Source: Lama guanicoe
Lineage: Eukaryota
Assembly (NCBI GenBank): GCA_013239625.1
Contig: MU053513.1
Location: 2,034,927 to 2,098,926, forward strand
Direction: 5' to 3'
Length of the DNA: 64,000 bases
Shown: piece by piece, positions 51,101 through 64,000 of the stretch
Layout: each line of letters starts with the position of its first letter
How positions within the stretch are numbered: position 1 is the first letter of the stretch
Position numbers and translations under genes: made by a program
The notes under the pieces: generated by a model
Told to the model about the DNA's origin: nothing
Seen by the model: only the letters and a program-made list of their open reading frames with translations
Databases searched by the model: none

Positions 51101-51554
51101 AGCCGATTAACTTCCATGCTGCCTCCAGCCAAGCCTGCTCTTATGTTTTTATCTCTGCTGTCGTGGACATGGTGAACTTCCTCCTGAATGGGATGGGAAC
51201 TGGTAAGTTTACCGGGGTATAAAGGGTGCAAAGTATTTGCAAAGTAACAGACTTTCCCAAAATTTTAGGGACAACATTCCACTTGGTACACATGGGATGA
51301 GCCATTGGAGACCAAAACCAACGAGAATCTGTTATGAGCCTCAGGGCAAAAAGCTGGGGCTGAGAAAACCAAAATTAACACCAATTTCAAATGCAACCTT
51401 CAGGCCCACAGAATGAGGCAACTCTGATTACACAAAAGCAAAGGCAATATGTCAGCTTCTACAAAATGACGAAGTGATTTTGTAGGACATCTAGGAAATT
51501 TACCACATCCCGCAGAACCTCTTGCAAGCTCGTTAGAAGGTTCTCATACATAGT

Positions 51555-52050
51555 TTCATTTACTCAACGAATACTTATTGAGTATCTAACATCTGCTGAG
51601 GGCACAGCATGCAAAGATGTCTTACTCCAGCATCATAGAGTAGAATAGATGGGACTGTGTTTTCACCTGTTATGAATGTCCTCTCCATTAAAGAGAAGTG
51701 AGAAGGTGACACCGTTGAGTGTGTGGGAACTTTCATTAATTCCTTCATTAAGAAACCCTTATAGTGTACCTACGACATGCGACACACTGCAGGGTCAGTG
51801 CTTGGTAGAACAGAACTCTTGCCCTTAAAGAGTGCACAGTCCCGTGAAGGGAACGTCCACTTGAGCCCTAACATTAAAGGAGAATAAGGACAGTCAAAGA
51901 GCCACAGAGAAATGTACAGGCGAGATCAGAGGAGAAAGGAGGATTAACTGGTATCAGAGAGGGACGAGGGATTGAGAAGGATGTGCGCGGTGGGTGGGAC
52001 TGAGGATTAAAGAAAGTGTCATAGGAGAGATGGCATTTGAGTCCCAAATA
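51555..52050 (-). mobile_element. L2 3'-end fragments
   Basis: ttcatttactcaacgaatacttattgagtatcta; ttcattaattccttcattaagaaac..gtacctacgacatgc; ggagagatggcatttgagt. Confidence 0.6.
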
Positions 52051-52254
52051 TATAGGACCCATAAATACTCTTGTCTGAGTTTGTGGCTGCCCCACCAGAT
52101 CTAGTAAAGATATTCATTCTTTTTTATCTGACAACAATATATAAATCAGAAAACACCCAGCCAGATTTGCATGATTCTTCATCTGGTTGAAGAATTAAGT
52201 CTCTCAGTAATAATTCACTGTTTTGCTTTGATCACAGGTAATGATTGAGGGAAG

Positions 52255-52480
52255 TGATAAGGTGTAGAGAGAGACTCTCAAGCCAGACGATCTGGATTCA
52301 AATCCAAGACCTACCATTACTGATTGTGTAGCTTTGTGATTCTCTAAGCCTCATTTCTCATCCATAGAAAGGTGATAGCCACAGTGTGTACGTCATAAGG
52401 TTGTGGATTGCTAAATGGGTTAAGTAAGAGAAGCCATTATCACTGCAGAGCCTGGCACACAGTAAATCTCAAAACGTGTC
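52255..52480 (+). mobile_element. MIR SINE
   Basis: ctggattcaaatcc...tctctaagcctcatttctcatcca...agagcctggcacacagtaaatctcaa. Confidence 0.75.
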
Positions 52481-52488
52481 TTCTGCAA

Positions 52489-52638
52489 GGGGGACAGTAT
52501 AGCTCAAGTGGTAGAGCACATGCTTAGCATTCGCAAGGTCCTGGGTTCAATCCCCAGTACCCCCTCTAAAAATAAAGAAGGAAATAAACCTGATTACCTC
52601 CTGTTGGCCAAAAAAAAAATTAGCCAATTAAAAAAAAG
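52489..52638 (+). mobile_element. tRNA-derived camelid-type SINE, full length
   Basis: gggggacagtatagctcaagtggtagagcacatgcttagcattcgcaaggtcctgggttcaatccccagtacc, then aaacctgattacctcc and an A tail. Confidence 0.92.
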
Positions 52639-54341
52639 TTTTATCTATTTCTATAACAGGGAAGTAGCAAATGGATGTCTTTGTAGAATCACATTTTCCC
52701 GGAAGCATTTAAAATGGGATAAATTCTTTTAAGTCCAAAACGATTTACTCTCTTTCTGACAGCTTCTTAGGTCTCATCACTGTTTCTGCTTTTTAAAAAT
52801 CTCCCTGACTTACATTTGTTTTATAAATAACATTATAATATTGATAAAGGAAATAAAAGCCACAAGAGCAACAAATCACCCTAATCTGCGCCTCAATTTC
52901 TCTTTTCCACAATCTCTTTTGGACCAAGCGCTCTGCAAGAGAATAAATGAATACATAAATGAATTGTGGTCTCAATGGTTCTGTCTCAAAAAGAAGTATG
53001 ACAGTATAAAAATCATGCCCTAAGGGGTAGGCTAGATTTCTGTGTTTACCTCGAAAGCTGGGAATAACTGTGGCATCATAAAATGTTTTCCTGAATTTTA
53101 AGATATTTAAAAAGAAATCCCACTACTATTTCCTGGTGGGAAAGGCAAAAACTGAAGATTGTGGGCAGAGTGATGAATTTGGAATGAGAAACTCAGCAAT
53201 GATGTTAGTACTAGATCACCATAACAGGCTTCCACGGGGTATAAAAAACAGTCCTTTGGCCACTAAAAGACCATTTCCTTTTGGCATAAAATCATGACCT
53301 ACTTAGCTGTCTTGTCAGGGGAGTCAGAACCATTATTATGAATGCGCAGATTCAGGTTCTGCATTTGTCCAGTCACAGCGAGCACAACTGGGTGACAGCC
53401 AGGGGTTTTAAACGTAATCCCCTGAGCACACATTGAAGAGCAATCAATACGGGTCCTCTATTTAAAATTCAGATACATAATCTTTAAAGATTTGTAAGTA
53501 GCCAGATATTTATCTTACTTTAAGATAATATGATAATATGAGTATTCATTTAAATTGCGTTATTTTAAGTTTTTCTTTACTATATCAAGCTAATTACAGA
53601 GGGATGTGGCTTAAACTTTAAGTCGCTTATCTCATACACGGCGCAGAGCAAGCGAGTAATTACCCTGAGGAAGAGCAAAGTAGCTCATTAGAAAGGCCCC
53701 AAATGTGTCAGAGGATTTTCCCCATAAGATCCATGAGATTGTAAGTTTGGAAAGTTGAACCTTGGAGGAATCCTGAAAAATAATTAACATCCAGTTTAAT
53801 CTCACCCCTTCCAATAATATTCGTGGTTTATTTTCAACTACAGTCAGGCTAACCGTAAACAAGTTGGAAGGTACAATTATGTACGTGCACACTCCACGGT
53901 ATCTATCATCGAGGCAGTGACAAAGAGACTGCCAATCTCCTGGCTAGTTCAACCACATGGCATGATCCAAGGATTCTAGAATTTCTAATTTTTATTCAAG
54001 CACCATCTTGGACATGCCTGGCCTTTTAGGAGGAGGGAGAAGCAGCTGGTAATTCCATCTTTTATGAGGAGAACAAAGCCACTCCATGAAGCTGTTAATG
54101 GCCCAGGATCAGTGGTTTTTAGTATTTGTTTTACTCTGTTTCCCCTTCCTCATTTCTGAGCATTCAGCACAATGACGAGCTTGAGTGTGAGCTTTGATGT
54201 CACACCAGCTACGTGGCTCTGGAAAACATCCACCTCAGTTTCTACAGGTGTAATAGTTCTTCCCTGACAAAAATATTCCACGCACAGCGCCTGCACCTGG
54301 CAAATGCTTCATAAATAATAGTTATTATTATTTTCTATTTC

Positions 54342-54434
54342 TTTTTTTTGATGGAGGTACTGGGGATTGAACCCAGGACCCTATGCATGCTAACTAAGCA
54401 TGCACTCTACCACTGAGCTATCCCCATCACCCCC
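54342..54434 (-). mobile_element. tRNA-derived camelid-type SINE (short form)
   Basis: ggaggtactggggattgaacccaggacc..gcactctaccactgagctat. Confidence 0.88.
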
Positions 54435-54559
54435 ATTTCTTATTATCTAGTTTTCAGTGTCTTTCCTGTAGCATCTATCAGGACGCTTGTTTACTCCCCA
54501 TTAGCTGTGATTTGGATACCTGCTGTGGACAGACACTGGGCAACGCCAACAGCCTGAGG

Positions 54560-54930
54560 ATGTTTTCACATGAGGAAGATCGTGAGAGAGACAAACACAT
54601 ATACCAGCTTGGTACACCCATCCCCAGCTGTTTAGAGTGTTGGCTACTAACAGCTCATCCCCCAGACCCTTTTCTGGAGGGCTACTCTCACTGACAGGTG
54701 TCACCTGGGAGCAGCACTCCCATTTCCTGGACCATCTCTGCGCAATTCTCCGTGCAGAGCTGCTGGTGAGATCAGGCTGAGGCTGGATTGCTTCTGAAAC
54801 CATTTGTTTGTGTCTGCCTTCTTTCCCTGCCCTCTCCTTTCCCTTGCTCAATGACAGGTGCCTTCTGAGATCACTCCCTCAACAGACCCCCTCTCAGGGG
54901 CTCTGCCGCTCAGGGATCCAACCCAAGACA
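54560..54930 (+). mobile_element. ERVL-class LTR fragment (LTR16-like)
   Basis: Ends ctctgccgctcagggatccaacccaagaca; organisation similar to 2540-2829. Confidence 0.55.
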
Positions 54931-57900
54931 AAACGAGCCATGTATCACTCTCATAGCAATTTGATATCACAGCATCAAGTAGACACACCAACAACGATTA
55001 GCCACAACTTTCTAGAGCTTCTTCAAAATACACAGATAAAAGCAATCTATTGTCCTTCTAAAGGACTGAACATCTACTTTTAAAGTATTCTTATTGAGGT
55101 TTCACTCTGCCTTTTAAAAATCTTACTTAGTTTTTTTTTTTAATAGAATTTCTCCACCTTTAAACTCAAGAAATCATGCCATATAAAGGATATAAAGTAA
55201 ACAGGACAAAAATCTAATTTAAGAATTAAAAAAAAACTTTTGGGATTTGTTTTTATTTCCTCTGTCCTTTCAAAAGTGAAACAAAACCTTTCTTTTTTTG
55301 GATGGCTTAGTGATTTTGACCATTTCCCTAGTTCAGTGTTTGTCCCCATTGAATTTTTTCTCTTTTACTCATTACAAGGGGTCTGGGTTTGAGATTCTGC
55401 GTAGGAGTTAGCTGTTAGCTTCATAAACTCTGAGCTGAGTGGGTTTCTACACTCTCACCTAAGTGACCAGTGTTGAAACTTTATCAACTGTTTACTGACA
55501 GCGTAATGAGCCATTCGAGGCACGTAGAGCAGTCTGGGGAAATAAACATTTCACAAAGTGAGATGAGCTCTGATGAAAACTTTTACATCTTTGTTTTATA
55601 AACCACGGCAGGTAATGCAGGTATGAATAGTAACAGACGAGTGCCTGGTAAAGGGATTTCACCTTATGAGAGATCACGCTACATCAAAGTAGCTTTTTTT
55701 ATGAAACTAAGCATAACTGATTGTAATTGGATATGATGATCACACCAGAACAGAATGCACTTCTTAATATGCTGTAAGTGTCCTACTGAATGACTGGTCA
55801 CCCTTCATAACTGGTCACAAAATCCCAGGTCGAGTGTCGGCTCAGGTTCTCTTCTCAGTGAATTCAAAGACCTGTGTCTGAAGTCTTCTTGCCACATAAA
55901 CCATACTCTTAAAAAAAAAAGAATTTTAGAGAAACTGTGGGTTTCAAAATAATAAGAATTCGTGAAAAGTGATAACTTGCAGCTATTTTACTTCCTCAAA
56001 TCCACAAATTCCTCATGAATCACACTATCAATTTCTTTAACAAGCTACAATTGTATTCATTTCCTCTATTTTGCTCTTTTCCGTGGTCTTCTCCCTTCTC
56101 GCGGCATCCTCCTGTCACTTTTCTGTGCTTTACTTACATAATTCAGCATTTCTGCTACCCCAGGCAACCTCTGCGCCCCAGATAACGCTACTTTCCTCCT
56201 TTCTTCTTTCCTATCAGTGAGACCCAGAAACTCTTCTTATGGCAGCCACAGATTTATCCAGTTTCTTTTCCAGCATTTGGAACAAGAATTTGCAAATATC
56301 TTTCCCACATGTTTTAACATCAAACGTTACCATTCTTTCCCCATCTCTGCCATTTTCTTCTCTCAGGCAGATGTGATTTTGACTTTCACCACTTGTGTAT
56401 CTCATCAAAGTGATTCTACAGTCTTCCTCTGGAAACATCAGAAAATTGTCCTCAGGATATCTAACTTAAATCCGTGGCAGGCCCCCAAATACAGTCGCTT
56501 GCAATTCAGGCTTTGGTTTAGGCAAAGAAGTCAGTTACTGTCATCAGCGTCATAAGCTTTACACATCCTTAATTAAGCTGTCCAGGTACCACTGAGCCAT
56601 CTGTTTTCAAGACAGGATAGTTCTCACTCCCTGAGGTGGCTCATCTTCTGTCCAGTCCTCCAGTTCGTCTCTACTTCCCTCCACATTCTCTGATATTCTG
56701 AATTTGCTTCCCTAGTTTATGGTCTGGGACTCAGCCTGCTCACTGTCGGCCATTCCACCAAAAAAAGGCCTTGCTGCTTGGTCATTCTCCTTCTGGCCAA
56801 GAGGAGAAAGATCAAGGCTGTGATCAGTCTCCTTCTTTTTATTAAAATAGATTTCATCCTTCCCACACTTGGCTTTCAGTAGTAAATATAGTTCTCTTAA
56901 ATGTCAGATGTTTATGGAGCTGACAACATTTAAAAGTGTTTCACCCACATTTCATTCTGAATTATCACAGTTTCCCATACACGGGGAGTTGCTTCATGTG
57001 AAAAAAGAAAGGTAAGATGCAGAATATTCTACATGGATTTTGGGTTACTCTGAGATGCTGAAGGTTTGGCAGCAAAGGCTCTACATGAATGCTGAAAACA
57101 GCTTGAGAGGGAGGAGAGAGAGAGAGCATGGTTGTGTGATGTCCATTCGGAAGAGACGAGGCATATTAATTTCCTCCCTAAATGTAGCTTTAACAGGGAC
57201 AGGGCACCTCTGTTTCATTTTTCCTTTCCTTTAATGGTAACCATCTGCTAATCCAGCAGCTTGACTTGCACCCTAAAACACAGACGTCACTGCGGAGATC
57301 TTTGAGACTGGTCTGTACTAGCAACGAACGCCCAGCACTTGTGAGATTCTGTTGACAGACTTATGGAAAAAAGAAAAGTGTCATGGAGTGGGGTAAGCAG
57401 GAGTCAGACGTTGAGTCTGTGAAGGCCCCACTTATTTATGTATATGACAACGGAACTTTTAAACAAGGTGATTGTTAATGTGCCATTATGTCAGAATGGC
57501 TCAAGAAACAGTCATGTTTGTTCTTGTTTAAAATGGCAGGATAATAAGAAAATGAGTAGCTGAGAAATCAATGTTAGAAAAAGTATCCAAGTGGTGGTTT
57601 TAAGCAACCAATTTTAAACCAGAATGAATGGTTTATCTTGCTTTAAGCAAACATTTAACCATGGAAAATCTAGTCTTGAGCAAAGGATAAATGAGGGGAT
57701 TATTATTTGCTTTTCAAGTGACTTTACTGTTCCCTAAAAGTGCTACCAGTCAGATACCAGGTCTTGTTACTTCTCAACGGAATGTAACTGATCTAGAACA
57801 AGATGCAGCAGGCTCGTTCTGGCTCCATTTTGCGAATAACCTGAAGTGTGATTTGGGATGTGTCTGGTTAAGTCTCTTCACCAATAAATGGAGACATTCC

Positions 57901-58547
57901 AGGTCCAGGCAGGGGTTTCCGACTTGGGAGTCTCCCTGCGGCTTCAGAAAGCAGTGTTAAGCATCTAACAAGTTATTTTTCTAAGTATTTTGTATTTCAG
58001 AATGCTTATGGAAATCGTACTTTCCTCCCCCAAAATGCTCTTAAAGCAAATAAAACCTTGAGTTTATTGCTTGCGCTTGTCAACTTGGTAAAGTAATAAT
58101 GGTTAGCTCATGCTAATCAAAGGCTCTGATTGGCTGCAATGACCTTCTAGAAATTTCCAGTGACAATTAGGATAAAATGACTTTTAAAGTTTATTGGAGT
58201 TATAAATATTGGGAATCCCTAAGTTTTCCCATCTGTAACATTCCAGTATCCTTCCTTTCCATTGTCACTGCTGTTGCTACAGTTAAAATCACTCTCATCT
58301 CTGAGCTGAGATATTGCAGTACCTGCTTAATTATTTGCTGACCTCTAGGCTGGTCTCCTGGGGACAGCAACCCACATACCACCACCAGGCTGATCTTGCC
58401 TACGTCTTGCTCAGAAATGTTCAGGGACATATTTCCTATGAAATAAAGTTCACACCTCGTCTCTCTAGACTGCTCTTTCAGAATTATTCCCATTGCATCA
58501 CCCTTTTAAAATACAAATCTTATGCTGCTGCCAAACTGGTTTATTAC

Positions 58548-58924
58548 TGGTATGAGCTAACTGTGTCCCCCAGATTCATATGTAGAAGTCCCCCCCACCC
58601 TGCCCCAGTACCTTGTTTTGGGAGAGGACCTTTAAAGAGGTCATTAGGTAAAATGGGGTCGTTAGGGTGGGCGCTAATCCAATATCACTGATATCCTTAT
58701 AAGAAAATGTGGTTAGGATACAGATGACACAGAGGGAAGACAGTGTGAGAACAAAGCAGGAAGGGGGCCACCTTCAAGCCAAGAGAGAGAGGTCTCAGAA
58801 GAAACCAAACATGCTGACACCTTGATCTTGGACTTCTGGCCTCCAGAACTGGGAGAAAATAAATTTCTGTTGTTTAAGCCACCCAGTCAGTGTATTTTGT
58901 CATGCAGCCCTAACAAACTAGCCC
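58548..58924 (+). mobile_element. MaLR solo LTR (MLT1A/B-like)
   Basis: tgtgtcccccagattcatatgtagaagtcc...ctgacaccttgatcttggacttctggcctccagaactgggagaaaataaatttctgttgtttaagccacccagtc. Confidence 0.9.
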
Positions 58925-59369
58925 ACTATCCATCTCACATCTGAGTCCCCTGCCTGTGCTCCCATGTGCCTCCTGTCACCTCTGTGGGAAAGGCCTCCGC
59001 ACACCTCTCCCCTCTACCCCCCACCCCCGGCGAACCACACATTTCTTCCCAGTGCTCAACTCTGCCTCCCCTCTCTTCTCTACGAACTGAAGCCCACGTC
59101 ACATCATCTCCTTTCTGAAGTCTAAGACATTCCGGTCTCCTGCTTTTATTTAGTATTTGGAATATGCTGTCCGATAATATTGTTATCCTGAACAAACCAG
59201 ACTTGTGGAAGGAACAGGCCGTCTTACTATTCTTTGAATTTCTCCACAGAGCCTACAATAATTTATTGGGCTTAACTAAAAGGGCTCAAAGAGAATTAAT
59301 ATTGATTGATTTATAAAAATAAATCTACACATATCACCAGGAACACAGCTATTATATTTAGCAAGGTTA

Positions 59370-60950
59370 TGACTATTCCAGTCTTTTTTTTTTAACTTAA
59401 AAATAATGAAATCAAAGCAATACATCCATGGAATTAAAAAGAAAAAGAATATGCTATTGAAAAGCTTAATGAAAAATAGCACTCTACTCTTTCTTGCAGG
59501 AAAAGCATATTTTTATTTTAGCTGCTTCTTCTGGACATTATTGGCATTATGAATAATATACTTTAACAGCTATTTCTTGATTTATCAGCTTTAGGATTTA
59601 CCTCTTACACCACTTTCCACCTCTTATTGCTGTGATCTCTCAGGAATATCCTATCACTTTTCCATTAAGTAATTAATGCTCTTTCATGCATCTTGCTCCT
59701 GTTTTGTAGTGACACTATTTTCACTATTTTTCTCCTATTGCCCCAGAGGCATAACTAGAATGTTATTAATGTTTCTTCTCATTTCCTGCATATTTCCATT
59801 TCTTCCAGATTCATTATTTTCTGTTGTTTATATTGTACCTGCTTTCATGCTGGAAACTTGCCTCAGAAGTCTTTTTTGGTTGGCATATTTATGAGTGAGC
59901 CCATTCATTCATGAGTAACAGCCCCTCTGAGAGGCCAAGGGACAACTCAAGTGTAGCATGTACTTCATTGGGGCCCATTAGTTTCTCCAGAGAGGGATGA
60001 CTGATCTCGTCAAAGGAGAGGATCTTGACCGCTGGTGCAGCGGCCGGGGCAGGGCAAAGTGCTGTGGTCTGACGGCCTCGTGGGCAGGCTCTCAGCTGAT
60101 ATCTCACCTTGGCTGCTCTAGTAGGCTTTAGGGACTGAATTGTGTCCCCCCCAAATTCACATATTGACATCTTCATCCCTGGTACCTCAGAATGTGACTA
60201 TATTCAGACACAGAGTCATTAAAGAGGTAATTAAATTAAAATGAGGTTCATATGGATGGGCCCTCATTCAATATGACTGGTCTTTATAAGAAGAGGAGAT
60301 TAGGACACAGGAGACACAGAGGGAAGGCCGTGTGAAAACCCAGGGAGAAGGTGGCCATCTGCAAGCCAAGGAGAGAGGGGTCTCGGCAGAAATCAAGCCA
60401 GTTTACACATTGATTTCGGACTCTAAGACTCTGGACCTCTGAGAAAATAAACTCCGTTGTGTAAGCTGCCCAGGCTGTGGTCCTTTGTTAAGGCAGCCCC
60501 AACACACTAATATGTTTGGGGTTTTTGCATCTTGAGTTTTTCCTGGTTAATTTCTGTGGGGAAGAGCCTTCAAACTTCCTCCTAGGAGAAGCGGCATGAG
60601 TGACTGAGCTCTGTTCGTGGGAATCGCTGGGGAGGAGCCAGCTCCTCTGTAGACTGATTTTCAGTAAATGTGAGTACTTGGTGCTGAGCCTTATCTTTAT
60701 GTCTGCCAGACCTGGCGCATCCAAACCCTGACCCTCTCCAAGGCTTTGCTTTTTTCATTATTAGCAAGGAAATATATTTTTCAAACCTCTTTTTTACACA
60801 TTTTAAACTGTCTTACTTCTTTCTTGTTAAATCAGTTATTTATATCCCACCTGCCTTCTGTCTTCCAAACATTTATTGGACTCTCTTATTCATGGATGGA
60901 CTCTCCTGTTATCATTGTCCTTGTGTTTTGTACATTAAGAAAAATATCCT
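59370..60950 (-). mobile_element. Ancient L1/HAL1-like fragments interrupted by an MLT1 LTR
   Basis: T-rich antisense L1-like phrases (ctttcatgctggaaacttgcctcaga; tcccacctgccttctgtcttccaaa) on both sides of the LTR. Confidence 0.4.
60126..60513 (+). mobile_element. MaLR solo LTR (MLT1B/C-like)
   Basis: gactgaattgtgtcccccc..gtacctcagaatgtgact..gaaggtggccatctgcaagccaaggagagagg..ggcagcccca.cacactaata. Confidence 0.9.
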
Positions 60951-60956
60951 TATTTT

Positions 60957-61333
60957 CAGAGCATTACACCCCCCCCAAAATAGGATATACATTCTTTTCA
61001 AGTGCACATGGAACATTTTCTAGGATTGATCATATACTTTGGAACAAAAGAAGCCTCAACAATTTTAAGAAGATAGAAATTATCTCAAGCATCTTTACTG
61101 ACCACAATGCCATGAAACTAGAAATCAACTACAGGGAAACAAAGGAGAAAAAAAGGGAAGCACGGAGATTAAACAACATGCTATTAAAAAACCAATGAAT
61201 CAATGATGAAATCAAAGTTAAAATTAAAAAATACCTTAAGACAAATGGAAATGAAAACACAACCACACAAAATTTATGGGACACAACAAAGGCAGTGCTA
61301 AGAGGGAAGTTTATAGTGATACAGGCCTTCCTC

Positions 61334-61366
<33 letters not shown>

Positions 61367-64000
61367 AACCTCAAATAAACAATCTAACCCACCAGCCAAA
61401 AGAACTAGAAAAAGAAGAGCAAAAACACTCAAAAGTCAGCAGAAGGAAGGAAATAATAAAGATCAGAGAGGAAATAAATAAAATAGACATTTAAAAAAAC
61501 ATAGAAAAAATCAATCAAACCAAAAGCTGATTTTTTGAAAGAGTAAATAAAATTGACAAACCTCTGGCCAAACTCACAAACAAGAAAAAAGAGAGAGCAC
61601 AAATAAGCAAAATAAGAAAGGAAAATGGAGAAATTACAACAAATAACATAGAAATACAGAATATCATATGAGAATATTATGAAGAACTATATGGAACCAA
61701 AATGGATAACCTAGAGGAGATGGACAAATTTCTGGAAACATACAGTCCACCAAGACTGAATCAAGAAGAAACTGACCACTTGAACAAACCGATCACTAGA
61801 AATGAAATCGAAATAGCAATAAAAAACCTCCCTACAAATACGAAAGAGCAAAACCTCCCTACAAATGAAAGTCCAAGACCAGAAGGCTTCACTGGGGAAT
61901 TCTACCAAACATACAAAGAAGAACTGATACCAGTCCTTCTCAAACTCTTCCAGAAGACTGAAAAGGAGGAAATACTCCCAAACTCACTCTATGAAGCCAC
62001 TATCACCCTGATACCAAAACCAGGCAAAGACTCTACCAATAAAGAGAATTATAGGCCAATATCACTGATGAACATAGACACCAAAATCCTCACCAAAATA
62101 TTAGCAAATAGAATCCAACAGCACATAAAAAAACTGTACATCATGAACAAGAGGGGTTTATCCCAGGGACACAAGGATGGTACACATACACATATTAATC
62201 AATGTAATACATCATATTAACAAGAGAAAGGAAAAAAACCACATGATCATCTCAATCGATGCAGAAAAAGCATCTGATAAAATTCAACACCCATTTATGA
62301 TACAAACTCTCACCAAAGTGGGTATAAAGGGAACATATCTCAACATAAGAAAAGTTCTCTATGACAAACCTACAGCCAGCATAGCACTCAATGGTGAAAA
62401 ACTCAAAAGCTTCCCACTAAAATCTGGGACAAGACAAGGTTGCCCACTATCACCACTCCTATTCAACATAGTCTTAGAAGTCCTAGCCACAGCAATCAGG
62501 CAAGAGAGAGAAATAAAAGGGGTCCAAATTGGAAAAGAAGAGGTAAAAGTGTCACTATATGCTGATGACATGTTACTATATATAGAAAACCCTAAAAGGT
62601 CCACACAAAAACTACTAGAGCTGATCGAAGAATTCAGCAAGGTAGTAGGTTACAAGATTAATGTTCAAAAATCAGTTGCATTTCTTTACACTAACGATGA
62701 ATCAACAGAAAAAGAAAGTAAAGAAACAATCCCCTTTAAAATAGCACCCAAAGTAATAAAATACCTAGGAATAAATCTAACCAAGGAGGTGAAAGAATTA
62801 TACACAGAAAACTATAAAACATTGATGAAGGAAATTAAAGAAGACTTTAAAAAATGGAAAGATATCCCATGCTCTTGGACTGGAAGAATCAATATTATTA
62901 AAATGGTCACCCTGCTCAAGGCAATCTACAGATTTAATGCAACCCCTATCAAATTATCCAGGACATATTTCACAAAACTAGAACAAATCATAATAAAATG
63001 TATATGGAACCACAAAAGACCAAGAATTGCCAAAGCATTATTGAAGAAAAAGAAAGACGCTGGAGGAATAACTCTCCCAGACTTCAGACAATACTATAGA
63101 GCTACAGTCATCAAGACAGCATGGTATTGGTACAAAAACAGACATATAGACCAATGGAACAGAATAGAGAGAACAGAAATGAACCCACAAACTTTTGGTC
63201 AACTAATCTTCGATAAAGGAGGCAAGGATATACAATGGAATAAAGACACTCTCTTCAGGAAATGGTGTTGGGAAAACTGGACAGCAGCATGTAAATCAAT
63301 GAAGCTAGAACACCCCCTTACACCATATACAAAAATCAACTCAAAATGGATCAAAGACTTAAACATAAGACAAGATACAATAAACCTCCTAGAGGAAAAT
63401 ATAGGGAAAACATTATCTGACATACATCTCAAAAATGTTTTCCTAGAACAGTCTACTCAAGCAATAGAAATAAAAGCAAGAATAAACAAATGGGACCTAA
63501 TGAAACTTACAAACTTCTGCACAGCAAAGGAAACCATAAGTAAAACAAAAAGACAACCTACAGAATGGGAGAAAATTTTTGCAAATGAAACCGACAAACG
63601 CTTGATCTCCAGAATATATAAGCAGCTCATACGACTTAATAAGACAAAAACAAACAACCCCATCCAAAAATGGGCAGAAGACCTAAACAAGCAATTCTCC
63701 AAGGAAGACATACAAATGATCAATAGGCACATGAAAAAATGCTCAATATCACTAATTATCAGAGAAATGCAAATCAAAACTACAATGAGGTATCACCTCA
63801 CACCAGTCAGAATGGCCATCATTCAAAAGTCCACAAACGACAAATGCTGGAGAGGCTGTGGAGAAAAGGGAACCCTCCTTCACTGCTGGTGGGAATGCAT
63901 TTTGGTGCAGCCGCTGTGGAAAACAGTATGGAGAGTCCTCAAAAGACTAGGAATAGACTTACCGTATGACCCAGGAGTCCCGCTCCTGGGTGTAAGTCCA
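60957..64000 (+). mobile_element. Young 5'-truncated LINE-1, ORF2 (end of endonuclease, RT, C-terminal Cys-rich region), runs off the window; antisense to AK5
   Basis: ORF2 motifs [45 protein letters not shown] (62558-62569), [25 protein letters not shown]. Stops and frameshifts before about 62200; open frame from 62243 to the edge. Confidence 0.98.

Larger units (their letters stand above)
39542..64000 (-). other. AK5: 3' part of a long AK5 intron (about intron 6); upstream exon lies beyond the window
   Basis: I found no sequence encoding the preceding AK5 peptide (..KYFQEKGLIMT) between 39542 and 64000. Confidence 0.8.

Noticed and set aside
52489..52562. tRNA gene (Ala-like) with A and B boxes
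   Set aside because: Followed by a SINE body and A tail, and present as six diverged copies in the window; it is a tRNA-derived SINE head.
54162..54185. REST/RE1 site (TTCAGCAC...)
   Set aside because: Only the left half matches, the GGACAG half is missing, and it sits at the start of a MIR-like fragment.
56214..56555. Overlapping ORFs on both strands with protein-like composition
   Set aside because: No family recognised and no convincing splice sites; possibly a very old LINE remnant. Needs a Dfam/BLASTX search.
1..64000. Novel prokaryote-style system (CRISPR array, defence island, operon, prophage)
   Set aside because: The sequence is repeat-rich mammalian intron with spliced exons; no regularly spaced repeat-spacer array or gene-dense region was seen.

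Overview
Mammalian genomic DNA, most likely a camelid (alpaca/llama/camel), judged from six copies of a tRNA-derived SINE resembling the camelid Vic-1 type. The whole window lies inside the adenylate kinase 5 gene (AK5) on the minus strand. Three short coding exons with canonical AG/GT boundaries are present: 39451-39541 (91 nt), 32533-32609 (77 nt) and 719-761 (43 nt). They splice in frame to FDADRDEDEVFYDISMAVDSKLFPNKEAAAGSGDLDSSMMLDTGEIIDTGSDYEDQGDDQLNVFGEDTMG, the end of the first AK domain plus the acidic linker before the second (about exons 7-9 in human numbering, from memory). The rest is intronic and mostly interspersed repeats: a young 5'-truncated LINE-1 at the right edge, many older L1 fragments, L2, MIR, MaLR/ERVL LTRs, hAT DNA transposons and microsatellites. 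Almost all entries in the ORF track are spurious or repeat-derived. I found no prokaryote-type system (CRISPR, operon, phage) and no convincing novel biological system. The findings are modest, testable hypotheses on AK5 isoforms, splicing, regulatory motifs, local GC-biased substitution and repeat history. Repeat boundaries and subfamily names were judged by eye and are approximate.
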